DNA of 64,000 nt from assembly GCA_964016885.1 (NCBI GenBank), contig OZ024740.1, positions 292,330,001 through 292,394,000 of the forward strand, read 5' to 3'. Numbering within the stretch: the stretch's first letter is position 1; every line of letters begins with the position of its first letter. Shown piece by piece: positions 53,200 through 64,000 of this stretch. The stretch comes from Eledone cirrhosa (taxonomy: Eukaryota). The position numbers and the translations under genes were made by a program. The notes beneath the pieces are model-generated. The model had not been told where the DNA came from and did not search any database. It saw only the letters and a program-made list of their open reading frames with translations.

Positions 53200-53900
53200 A
53201 AATAATATTGGATGCTATCTGGCTTGGGTAATGCCCACGCTAATTAATAACATAAATGCCGCTGCGGGGCGGTTGTTGACAAGTTCGGCTTGCACCCTCT
53301 GTCTTTTCACCAGAGCGCAAGCCGGTTCCCCCGATACGCCGCTCTCAACGACATATTGAGAAGCCTGGACTCAGTTTGCTTTCCATCCCAACTGGAGCCA
53401 GCAGGCCTAGACCGCGGAGATCTCAAGTACCCTTACCGAATCACCCTCTTCGCCTCCAACTTAGTTGCTTCGGCCACAAACGCTGGCATCGCGGCCCGCT
53501 TCGCAGAAAAACGTAAAATAAACAAATACCGGGGTTTGTCCTGACGCTTCCTCTTCGCACCGGTGCCGTCGAGACCTCAGGCGCACTTGGACACCGTACT
53601 GCTAAGTTCCTCCGCAATATCGGAGCGTCGGTGGCCCGTATGAGGAGGGAGCCCCGCGAGGTTGGGTGGCTGTTGCAGTGGGTGTCACTAGCCATCGTCC
53701 GGGGGAATGTTTTTGCCGTCTTGTCCGCGGGGCGCAGCACTCCCGCCCCCTTTCCCGAGGCCCAAAGCCCAACCCCTCCCCCTTTTGCGACACCAGAGCT
53801 CTTGCCATCCCCTTCCTTTCTCTCTTTTTCCCCCTCTGTATTTCCCTATTCTTTCTTTCCTTTTGTTTCTCTTTTTTATTTTTTCTTACTAAATAAGGTT
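53200..53900 (+). mobile_element. CRE-like 3' part (zinc finger plus RLE region)
   Basis: CRCGAVVDKFGLHPLS, LEPAGLDRGD, AEKRKINKYRGLS, EVGWLLQWVSLAIVRGN. An inverted relative lies at 59040-59520. Confidence 0.8.
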
Positions 53901-54341
53901 TGTTTTTCCACGAGATGTTAATAAACAAATTAATTAATTCGTTTGAAAAAAAAAGGCACTATTAGCTGTCAGAAGTGAAAGTAGGAGAAGGTGACGTCAT
54001 TCGTCAACCTTCTCAATCGTAAACCATCGTTTATTTCCGTATCATCACGCGTTATTTCTAGCGCAGCCATTTATGATTTTCTAAGAGATACGTTTACGAT
54101 GAGATACACTTAATAAAAAATAAAGCATATCGATGTAAGTGGAGTTAACTTAAAGGAAAATAAAGGTGGCCCTTAAAAGGGCCAAATTAGAAAACAAATT
54201 TAAGTTAATTAGAAAACAAGTCATGGTTATCAAATTAGAAAAAAAATTTAAGTTTATAAAAAAATATATGGTTATCAAATTTTTTGAAAAAAATGTTTAG
54301 AAAACAAATTTTTTTCACCAACCTTATACAAAAGCATGGAT

Positions 54342-54430
54342 AAAGTTTATTTATTTACACGTGGTGGTGGTGAGTACATAGACAATCCCCACCAATCAGC
54401 ACCACCACCACGTGTAAATAAATAAACTTT
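54342..54430. repeat. Perfect 31-bp hairpin with 27-nt loop
   Basis: AAAGTTTATTTATTTACACGTGGTGGTGGTG (54342-54372) and its reverse complement (54400-54430). Confidence 0.9.
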
Positions 54431-54577
54431 GATTTTCACTTTGGGATAATACACGCATTTGCAAGTTGAAAAATATGAATTCTACAATATACCCCAGCGT
54501 AAATGGAATTAACCCTGGCGATATTTCCATCGCTACCACTACTACAGCAGATACCATTAATTGGTTGAAAAATCATG

Positions 54578-55936
54578 GGCGATATCCAATTTTAGCGGCC
54601 TAAATGCCGCTTACTTGATGTAGTTGCTGCTTACTTCAATGTATGAGGCTATTCCAACAAATTTACATTCCCCTTTTTTTAGCCGTTATAAGAAATATAG
54701 ATTTATTTATTGTTTTTTTTTTTGCGATTTATTTGCCACTGGGGCATAGATTTCTTTATTTGCCCCTTTTTTGTTTGTTTGTTGGTTGGTTTGTTTTTTT
54801 GCGATTTATTAGCCTTTTGGGGTCACACACACACCCGTAGAAAGTGTGCGACCTTTCTGCCAGGGAGTACAGAGAGAGGGGGGGTGCTCCCTTCTTCTCT
54901 TACCTGTACAAGCCGATATAGAGAGATGGCCCACTTACACAGGCCATTATTTCTACTTTCACCCATCTTTCATGGAATTGGCTGGGACTGAGTGCCTTTT
55001 TCTCCACCTTGATCCTTCTTTCGAAGTGGTATCGAAAGAAGAGGACCATTTGTTGGCCGGCGACATATCCCCACAGTTTCCTCGTTGCAAACGCATCTGG
55101 GACATTTCTTTTCCAAGGGGTTTCCGTCCCGGAATCCGTGTCTGTAGAGCCTTTCCCGAACGGGCAGGGCCCCTCGGTATAATAGTAAGTATTAGTGGTT
55201 GTAATAAAAATGCAATCAAAATGTAATAAATACCTTCACTGATTTCTTTCCTTATATTATCAACAGAAGTTGGTATGTCACCCAAAGTTCGCTTTGTATG
55301 TTCCAGAATAGCAGTGAATTTTGATAAAAATGTTTCTAATTCCTTCTCCACAGTAAGACAAATATACATGTGTAGTCCAAAAAGATATAAATCTTTAAAA
55401 AAATTATAATAATTCTTTATTATTATTATTATTTTCTTTTTCTGTAAATAATTATTTTTCTATATATCTCAAACCCTGCCAAACACCACATCTGTCCATC
55501 TGTAAATTTAAATGACTGTTCTTTCATACTTATCCTCTTCAACTACACATGGATATTTGTCTTACTGTGGAGAAGGAATTAGAAACAGTTTTATCAAAAT
55601 TCACTGCTATTCGGGAACATACAAAGCGAACTTTGGGTGACATACCAATAATGGCCCGTGTAAGTGGGCCATCTCTCTATATCGGCTTGTACAGGTAAGA
55701 GAAGAAGGGAGCACCCCCTCTCTCTGTGCTCCCTGGCAGAAAGGTCGCACACTTTCTACGGGGGTGTGTGTGACCCCAAAAGGCTAATAAATCGCAAAAA
55801 AGGGGCAAATAAAGAAATCTATGCCCCAGTGGCAAATAAATAGCAAAAAAAAAAACAATAAATAAATCTATATTTCTTTTAACGGCTAAAAAAAGGGGAA
55901 TGTAAATTTGTTGGAATAGCCTCATACATTGAAGTA
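54578..55936. mobile_element. Fold-back transposon copy 3, right end truncated, with nested inverted cargo
   Basis: Intact left terminus GGCGATATCC at 54578. ~54634-54948 is inverted with ~55649-55936, and 55269-55376 is inverted with 55542-55648. Confidence 0.85.
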
Positions 55937-56295
55937 GAAAATACATATAAGAATCCTACAGATGAACCTTTCAAAGAGCAATAATGCAGGGAGTCTCTTT
56001 GCCTCTGTTTGTCCGCACGGCAAAGCTTATCGCTGGCCACCACATGAACCCAAATCTCTGTGCTGCTTCCAGGAAAAAGTGGTACACCCAGATGTGAGAA
56101 AAACCACAGACCCTCCATCTCAACTCTACTTTTGAAAAGCAGAAGAACTGCGAAACCGGTAAAGGAACCAAATAAATATATATATTTTTTTAAAAATAAG
56201 ACTCCAGTTGCATTTTCGATTTCACTTTTTTTTCTTTATACTTTCACTCGTGTAGGACACCTCGGTTATTTTTCATTTTGTAAAAAAACCCTCAC

Positions 56296-56328
<33 letters not shown>

Positions 56329-57330
56329 ATTGGTAATTATATATAGTTATCAATATATATATATATATATATATAAAACATGAGAAGAAAGAAGAATACT
56401 GCGTGGTTTGCACATGGGTTACATATGATAAAAATAGTCCTTCGTCAGTGATTTTCCAACCATCATTGGTATTTCATCGCATTAAAAATCAGATACCTCA
56501 GATTGGTGCGAGCAATAACTAAAAAAAGTTATTAGGACCAGTAATTGCGTAAAGCGAGGGGGACAAGTGAACAACATTGAAGGATAAAAACAAACCAAAG
56601 AAAGGAAATAAACAAGCAACATGGTAGTCCTGGTCAGCATAAACTGGGTGGATTTCATGAGCGAAAGGTACAGTCGTCCGACGTGAGTGAGATGTAAGCA
56701 AGAAGAGGCCCACTGTTAGCCAAACAGGAGGAAGTGAGAAGGGGAGAAACAGAGAGTGAGTGAGTGGAAGTAGGAACAAGTATGACCCCAACAGCAGAGC
56801 TCAAGCCGTTTCGACGGCTAATTCTGGACTAAATAAAAATGTTTAGCCTGGTAAATAAATAGCCGAATATCTCAGGGGGTAATTCCATATATGGGAAGAT
56901 AGTAATTGTCAAGAGGATTGGTCAAAAATTTGTTGTAAAGACAGTTGATTCTATCATGGCATTTAGTGGAAGGTAGGGTGGAGGTAGCTGAACTTGCCGG
57001 TAGAACAAAGAGGGAGTGGGGGAAGCCCAGTCAAGCATTGAAAGTGAAATCTATACAGCAGAATCTAAGGATAGTGTTAAAAGGTCGAAAAAAGTGTACT
57101 GGAGAAGGGGGGGAGGGGTTAAAAGTAGGTAAATCGAAAGGGAGTAAACAAACGAGTCATTATAAAGATGAGGAGATAAATATATAAAATAACAGATATA
57201 TAAACAAACAGCAATTTCTGGTTACTATTCCAACGCCACCATCCTCAAATCTCTCATTGGTATTGTTAAGCTATAGAAAAGTTTAATAGGTGGAGAAAAA
57301 TGCTAAATACGGGATTGTAGTGAAAGCACT

Positions 57331-57715
57331 TTATAAAGCCATCTTTAGAGGGGGTCTGACACCACTGCAAAAGTTAGTAGTAATCAGCCAATGCTATCTT
57401 ACAATGACAGGTTAATAAGTTGAGGACACACATACTAAAAACCTAATAGGAACTATTAATTCAGAATGCTAATACATACTAATACCAAGAATACTAGAGC
57501 AAAAATACCACTAAGAATTTTATAAAGCCATCTTTACAGGGTGTCAAACACCACTGCAATAGTTAGTAATAATCAGCCAATGCTATCTTACAATGACAGG
57601 TTAATAAGTTAAGGGCAAACATACTAAAAAACTAATACGAAATATTAATTCAGAATACTAATACAATAAATACTAATACAAGAATACTAATGCAGAAATA
57701 CCACTAAGAAATTTA
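57331..57715. repeat. Tandem duplication of ~190 bp
   Basis: TTATAAAGCCATCTTTA...AATACCACTAAGAA twice. Confidence 0.85.
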
Positions 57716-57946
57716 GAAACCACGGAAATGGAGCAGCAACCAGAAAGAAGGCAATTATCTGGGGTCTAACACATCTGATATAAAAAGCGTAATCGGCCAA
57801 TTCTATCTTAAAATTAGGGGGGGGGGGTGCTGAGGCTACAGAGGACCGATGAGCTGCATCGGGGTAGGCGAAAAGTTCTACTACCCTAAGTATTGAGTAC
57901 TTTGGTGCGTTATGGTCTATCTGGTTCCTTACCACATTTCCTTCGT

Positions 57947-57982
<36 letters not shown>

Positions 57983-57986
<4 letters not shown>

Positions 57987-58096
57987 AACGAGTAGGACCC
58001 CGACGGCTGAGCTCAAGCCGTTTCGACGGCTAAATCTGGACTAAATTAGCCGTCGAAACGGCTTGAGCTCAGCCGTCGGGGTCCTACTCGTTCCTA
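57983..58096. repeat. Perfect palindrome with 51-bp arms and 12-nt spacer
   Basis: 57983-58033 and 58046-58096 are exact reverse complements. A diverged single arm lies at ~56770-56833. Confidence 0.92.
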
Positions 58097-58174
58097 TTAC
58101 CCACTCTACTACCCTAAGTATTGAGTACTTTGGTGCGTTATGATCCACCTGGTTCCTTACCACATTTCCTTCGT

Positions 58175-58206
<32 letters not shown>

Positions 58207-58479
58207 CCAATATAACAGTAATCTGTTGGTTATGGATTCAGCTGCATCATTCTTCCTCCAAAAATCCAAATTCAGTCTTACTTTGAACCAGTTTAGCTGG
58301 TATATACACTCTGCAGCTCTAATATAATTGATTGGTTTGAAGCTGAGGATATTTCTGACACCTCAAGCCAGTTGAGCTGGTATACACTCTGTAGCCCCAA
58401 CATAATTGGTTTGAAGCTAACGATATTTCAGACACCTCATCAACTGCTCATGTCATTCACCTGTTTTTTCTTTTTGATT

Positions 58480-58860
58480 TTTGCCACATTGTCAAATGGA
58501 CAGCTGACTTCAGCAACAGAACATGTTTATATTTTATAGTTCCAAACAGTCAGTCATTTTAATTTGGTGGTGGTTGTTATTTTCAAGTTCCAATATTATT
58601 TTGAGCCACTAGTCTCAATATGCTCATCCCTAGTTTTGGTTGCTTTTGTCTTTCTAAGCGAATTCCAAATTTTTCTGGCTACCACATCATATCTCATGGG
58701 AAGATATATTTTGAAATAATGAGGTTAATGTCTTCAGTTTTTGTTTTGCACATCCTTCAATAGTTGTTTGATGGTGATTTCTCTATTTTGTTTAGTAGGT
58801 ACACAATGTTATGAACTTGTCAAAACTCCATGCCAAACATTTGGTGTGGTTCATCTCATT
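58480..58860 (-). pseudogene. R4/Dong-like fragment
   Basis: YLPMRYDVVARKIWNSLRK matches YLPMRHDVVAKTLYNAIRRK at 22730. Confidence 0.65.
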
Positions 58861-59039
58861 TAAGAGCTGTATTTTTCGTTTCTTGCTTCCTTTCTCTGAC
58901 CCCTCTTTGCCCATTAGCTTTTGTTGGCTGGACTCTGTAATATAAGATCAAACTTTTGTTTATGGAATATATCATGTAAATACAGTTTAAGAGAAAAAGA
59001 AAAAAAGAAAAAAAAACGGAAAAGGGAGGGAATGACAAG

Positions 59040-59520
59040 AACTCTAGTGTCACAGAAGAATGGGGAAGGGGAGGACAATTGGGATCTGGGCCTAGGGCAC
59101 AGCGGTAAAGGGGCTGCACCCCGCGGACAAGACCGCAAACGCATTCCAGTGGACAATGGCCAGCGACACCAGCTGTAACAGCTACCTCACCTTGCAGGGC
59201 TCCCTCCTCAGATGGGCCGTCAATGTTCCAATCTTGTGGAGGAGTTCGACTGTACAGGGTCCAAGAACACCTGAGGTCTCAATGGTGACCAGTGTATGGA
59301 GGAAGTGGCTGGACAATCCCCAGTATTTGTTTATTTTCCTTTCCTCTGCAAGCTGGGCTGCAGTACCGGGGGTTTGTGGCCAAAGTGACTAAGCTGGAGA
59401 TGGAGAATGTGTCATAACAGGTGGTGTACCAGATGAGGGATCTACCTCCTTCGAATGGGAAGAAGGTGATTCCATTGAGGCACTTGCCATCTCCACAGTC
59501 AAGGCCTGCTGGCTCCAAGT
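59040..59520 (-). mobile_element. CRE-like 3' fragment
   Basis: LEPAGLDCGDGKCLNGITFFPFEGGRSLIW. Confidence 0.75.
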
Positions 59521-61044
59521 TGAAAATTACTTTAGTAGACAGATCTGCCTACCTGCCTCTTTTATGTTTTGTGGTTAAGAAATTTGCTTCAAAACTATGT
59601 AGTTTTGTGTTTGATCCTGTTGCATAGCACTTTGGGGAGTGTCTTTCATGGTCTTGTGAAATTTAGATGGAAACTATAGTATCCTGCTGTGCATGTATCT
59701 GCATGGCTTTACATCAATGCAGCTTAGCTAACCCCTGCATAAACAGATCAGGGTAATAAAGTAACTTAAAAACAAGTAAGGTTTGGCATCTGGGTATGGA
59801 ATACTGCCTAAAGAAAATTGCCTGATCCATACCAGCATGGAAAACTGGCACAAGAAACTGGTGGTGGTAAATGTAAATTAGTGTTAGAATTCTGAAATAA
59901 TTCTAGTGTCTCATACTATTTCTTTAAATAATAGTTATAAACTAGAAGCCTCTTCCAATTAAGAATCAAATTGTGGTTAGATGTGGAGAATAATATTATG
60001 TATTAAATTAAAATAAATGTGATTCATGAATATGATTCATTTAAAATAAATATGACCACATGTTTCTCTTTATGTGAGCTTTTAAAGATGAATGAGGTAT
60101 TAGTTCAGCTGACGGTATTCATAGCAGATGGGAGAGACTGTCATAGATTTTCTAAATAAAGAAAACATTGACAGGAATATGGAAAGAGGTACCACTTGTA
60201 GAATTATGGTAAGATGGGTGAAAATAAATTGTATCATTGCTGGGGAGATTTATAATTAGAGATCTTGAATGTGATATTTGAGAATATGCCAGTGTTTCAT
60301 TCATTAAATTTTTTTTCTATCTTAAATCTTAAGTCACCACAAGATAAGATAGCATGATAAAATGCACCCAACATACACTACAAACTGATCAATATTTACT
60401 ATTGTATTTTCGTGTTAAAAGCTTTACCTCACATAATTATCTCACATAATATTTAATCTATGAGATTTTGATATGGCCAGTTAAATGCTAATGGGTTAAG
60501 CCATAGAAATTGTAGTCTAAAAATAGAATGTATGAACACATAGATTCCACAAGTCACATAAGTCTAAGAGGGCTGTAAAATTCTGAATATGAACTGACAC
60601 ATGGTAGAAGGGACTCTTATCATAGGGCAACTTGGTGGGTATGATAAAATGTTTCTAATCTTCACTATAAGAAATATACCACAAGACTGGCTGATTTGCT
60701 GTTACGGTGTGTCCTACGTGACATGGACAAGGATGATTAATGAGATACTGTAAAGCTTGTCCAATTAATTCATGTCAGCAAGGTAAAATGGACATAAAAT
60801 TACATTTCCTATTTAAAATTTATAAGACCTCAATGTTAGCCATCTTTATAGCTGTTCTGAAATATTAAACATAATTTCAACAACATGTGTCAAATGACAG
60901 GTCTTTTTACAATAAGCATCAAGTTTATTATAGGGTCTATTTGTGAGTGGTGTACATACATGGAGAATGGGGACGAGGGGGATATATATGTATAGAGAAA
61001 GTGATATAAATATATATATATATATGAATATATACTGATCAGTA

Positions 61045-61340
61045 TATACTGAGGATGAAGAACTCGGAGCTGTACGGGAGCCTCCCAAAAGTCAGCTCTA
61101 GAGTGACACAGAGGAGACTGAGGTTAGCTGGACATACTCACTGACATCCAGAGTTGACACTGCACTCATGGACACACTGGAAGAAGAAGACTGAGGTTAA
61201 CATATGTTGATGTCCTAAGGACAGACACTGGTTTCTTGGAGACGCAGGACATGGCAGCGATAATGAGGGACAGAGACCGCTGGAGAGAACTCGTCCATGG
61301 ATCTTGGGAATTTTACCCGTCCTAGATGTAGATGTAGATA
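61045..61340 (+). mobile_element. RTE 3' end with (GATGTA)n tail
   Basis: NSELYGSLPKVSSRVTQRRLRLAGH...MRDRDRWRELV. Confidence 0.7.
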
Positions 61341-61342
61341 TG

Positions 61343-61379
<37 letters not shown>

Positions 61380-61389
61380 GTATTTCGAT

Positions 61390-62962
61390 TTGGGGCAGAA
61401 GTCTGTCCCAAATCGATCTAAAAGAGGGACCAGCTGTGCAAGTTAATAGTTGTATAATAACTAAGGCAATCAAAGATATGAAGACAGGCAAGGGAGCTGG
61501 ACCTTCGGAGATAGTTGCTGAGATATTGAAAGCATCTGAAATAATGGGACACACTATGGTCACCCGGATAGTAAACCAAGTAATACAGAATGGGGTCATA
61601 CCAAATGACTGGCATAGCAGCATCATCGTTAACTACTACAAGGGTAAAGGAGATGCTCTAGATAGAGAAAACTATAGGGGCATTAAATTAGTTGACCAGG
61701 TCATGAAAGTTGACCAGGTCATGAAAATCACAGAAAGAGTTATTACTCAACTAATTAGAGACCGAATTGATCTAGATGAAATGCAGTTTGGGTTTGTGCC
61801 AGGTAAAAGTACCACGGATGCTCTCTTCCTTGTACAGCAACTACAGGAGAAGTACCTAGCTAAAAGTAAACCCCTTTACTTAGCTTTTGTTGACTTGGAG
61901 AAAGCCTTTGGTGGGTCCTTAGAAAACTAGGGGTAGATGAATGGCTTGAGAGAGCTATACAAGCTATGTATAGAGGAACAGTCAACAAGGTTAGAATTAA
62001 CAATGAATATAGTGAAGAATTTAGCGTAAAAGTTGGTGTTCATCAAGGCTCTGTCCTTAGCCCTCTCCTGTTTATTATTGCGCTACAGGCTGTTACAGAA
62101 GAGTTTAAGACTGGCTGCCTATGGGAACTCCTATACGCAGATGATCTTACTCTCATAGTTAAATCTATGGCTGAACTAGAGAAGAAATTCCAAACATGGA
62201 AATATGGCCTAGAATCAAAAGGCCTTAAAGTTAACTTGTCTAAGACTAAAGTTCTAGTATGTAGAAAGGAAAATAAGGTACAGGTACCCTCTGGGAAATG
62301 GCTATGCTCAGTGTGTAGGAAAGAAGTAGGTAGATATTCCATTCTATGTCCCAAATGCAAACTATGGGTACATAAAAGATGTAGTGGAATCACAGGCAAG
62401 CTATCTAAGAACGTAGATTTTATATGTGGCTAATGCTCAGGTGCAATAAGTAGCAAGTGCCCACAGCGTACTAGCTCCTTCAACTGCCCAGATGGTTCTA
62501 TAGAAATAGTAGACACTTTCCGTTACCTTGGTGACAAAATCAGCAGTGGTGGAGGGTGCTCTGAAAGTACAGTAGCCAGAGTTAGAATGGGATGGAAAAA
62601 GTTCAGAGCACTAATACTGCTGTTGGCCACAAAAGGTTTCTCTCTAAAAATGAAAGGCAGATTGTATGATGCTTGTATACGAACAGCAATGTTACATGGC
62701 AGAGGATCTGCGCAGATTAGAAAGGAACAAAGCATGCATGCTCTGTTGGATGTGTAATACACGAACGGCAAAATATAAACAAACTAAGTGAGAAATTAGG
62801 AATAAGAGGGATCAGATGCTGTTTACTTGAGAGGAGACTATGCTGGTATGGTCATGTGATGTGCATGAAAGACGACCTGTATAAAAAAGTGCAGGGCGAT
62901 CAAAATTGATGAAAGTTATGGAGTAGGTAGACCCAGAAAAACCTGGGATGATGATGATGATG
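61390..62962 (+). mobile_element. Second, more decayed copy of the PHD-type RTE LINE
   Basis: Collinear with 8880-10440 (GVHQGSVLSPLLF, LLYADDL, CSVC/CPKC/HKRC), with an 18-bp internal duplication, deletions and stops. Confidence 0.93.
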
Positions 62963-64000
62963 TATGTGTATAATATGGTGAGAGAATATAATTAATGGAG
63001 CATTACAAATATAACTTGAAATATTCTGTTTACTAATTTATGTATTTGATTTTGAACATGACTGGGATCAATGAGGGGTTGAAAATTCTATGTGGGGGCT
63101 TATTGGGGGTTGATGATTACATGAAGAAGTTGACCTAAAATGTTTGGAGATCCCTGGCATAGAGGTTTCTATATTGGTCTATATCTTCATGATTATTGTA
63201 TATTTCTATAATAGACTGACACAAACATTACCAGATAGTAGGAATGACTGAAATATACAGTACATAGCTTACTGGATGCTATGTTAACTGTTTTGTTTTA
63301 ACATACCATGTTAATTGTAGCATGCTCAATTAATTTTGTTTTCAGTTTTAAGGTTATTTTGCAAAATTTAGGCTGAGATGCTTCCCAAAGCTTGACACCT
63401 AGTTCAAATCACAGAAAACGGACTGTTATGCTTTCATCTTGCTTTAGCCATTTCATTAGTGTATTTCTAATGAAATACACTCTATTTCAATTAGTTAATG
63501 AAGAATCTTGAGGGATTTACTAAAATTATTTCATTACTAATGTAAGGTTCTTATGTCAAATTATGTTGGAAGATTTTGATTTCAATTGGAAACCTTTAAA
63601 ATGGGTGACATTATTTCACAGAATCAGAGCCATTTCTGGCCAGGTTGGCAACAAAAGGGTTAGTGTTCTTCCTTTTAAAACTTTTGCAGAAAGTAAAAAG
63701 AAATTCTTTCAAATTTTGGCAGGGAATTGAAATTATACTTTATAAAAATATCTACTTTAGGTACAGGGTCAGCAATTTTGGAGGAGAAAGTTGATTATAT
63801 CAACCCTAGTGTATGACTGGTACTTCATTCTATTGACTTCCAAAAGATGGAAAGCAAAGTTAACCATGACAGAATTTAAAACTAGGATGTAGAAGGGCAT
63901 AATGAAATACTGCAATGCATTCATCCAATGCTCAGATGATTCTGTCAACCCACTAGTAGTTTTCAATTGAAAGTATTAAACAGCAGAATGTAAAAGTCAT

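Noticed and set aside
55963-56160. Plus-strand exon starting MNLSKSNNAGS
   Set aside because: The frame stops after 57 codons, before the candidate donor, and no partner exons or domain were recognised.

Overview
AT-rich eukaryotic genomic DNA, almost certainly from an octopod cephalopod (inferred from the tRNA-derived SINE families, the PHD-finger RTE LINEs and the (TA)n/(CATA)n microsatellites). The window is mostly nested, degraded transposable elements: RTE, CR1/L2, Tx1/L1, R4/Dong-like and CRE-like non-LTR retrotransposons; a Buster/Charlie hAT; hAT, mariner, Tigger and piggyBac-like MITEs; a Helentron-like element; Penelope-like relics; and a complete non-coding LTR element with a tRNA-Trp PBS. 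No intact TE ORF is present. Three things stand out. (1) Small minus-strand exons (about 28.2, 24.2, 14.9 and 5.5 kb) suggest a single-pass membrane protein with a Cys-rich chitin-binding-type-2-like ectodomain and a Tyr-motif tail. (2) Several unrelated fold-back units carry minimal hammerhead ribozymes; the one at 40650-40693 is intact. (3) A young GGCGATATCC-ended fold-back transposon family with 8-bp TSDs (3 copies) has captured the 3' end of a Tx1 LINE, and one copy holds nine tandem units each ending in AATAAA plus poly(A). All calls come from reading the sequence by eye. No searches were run, and boundaries of degraded repeats are approximate.
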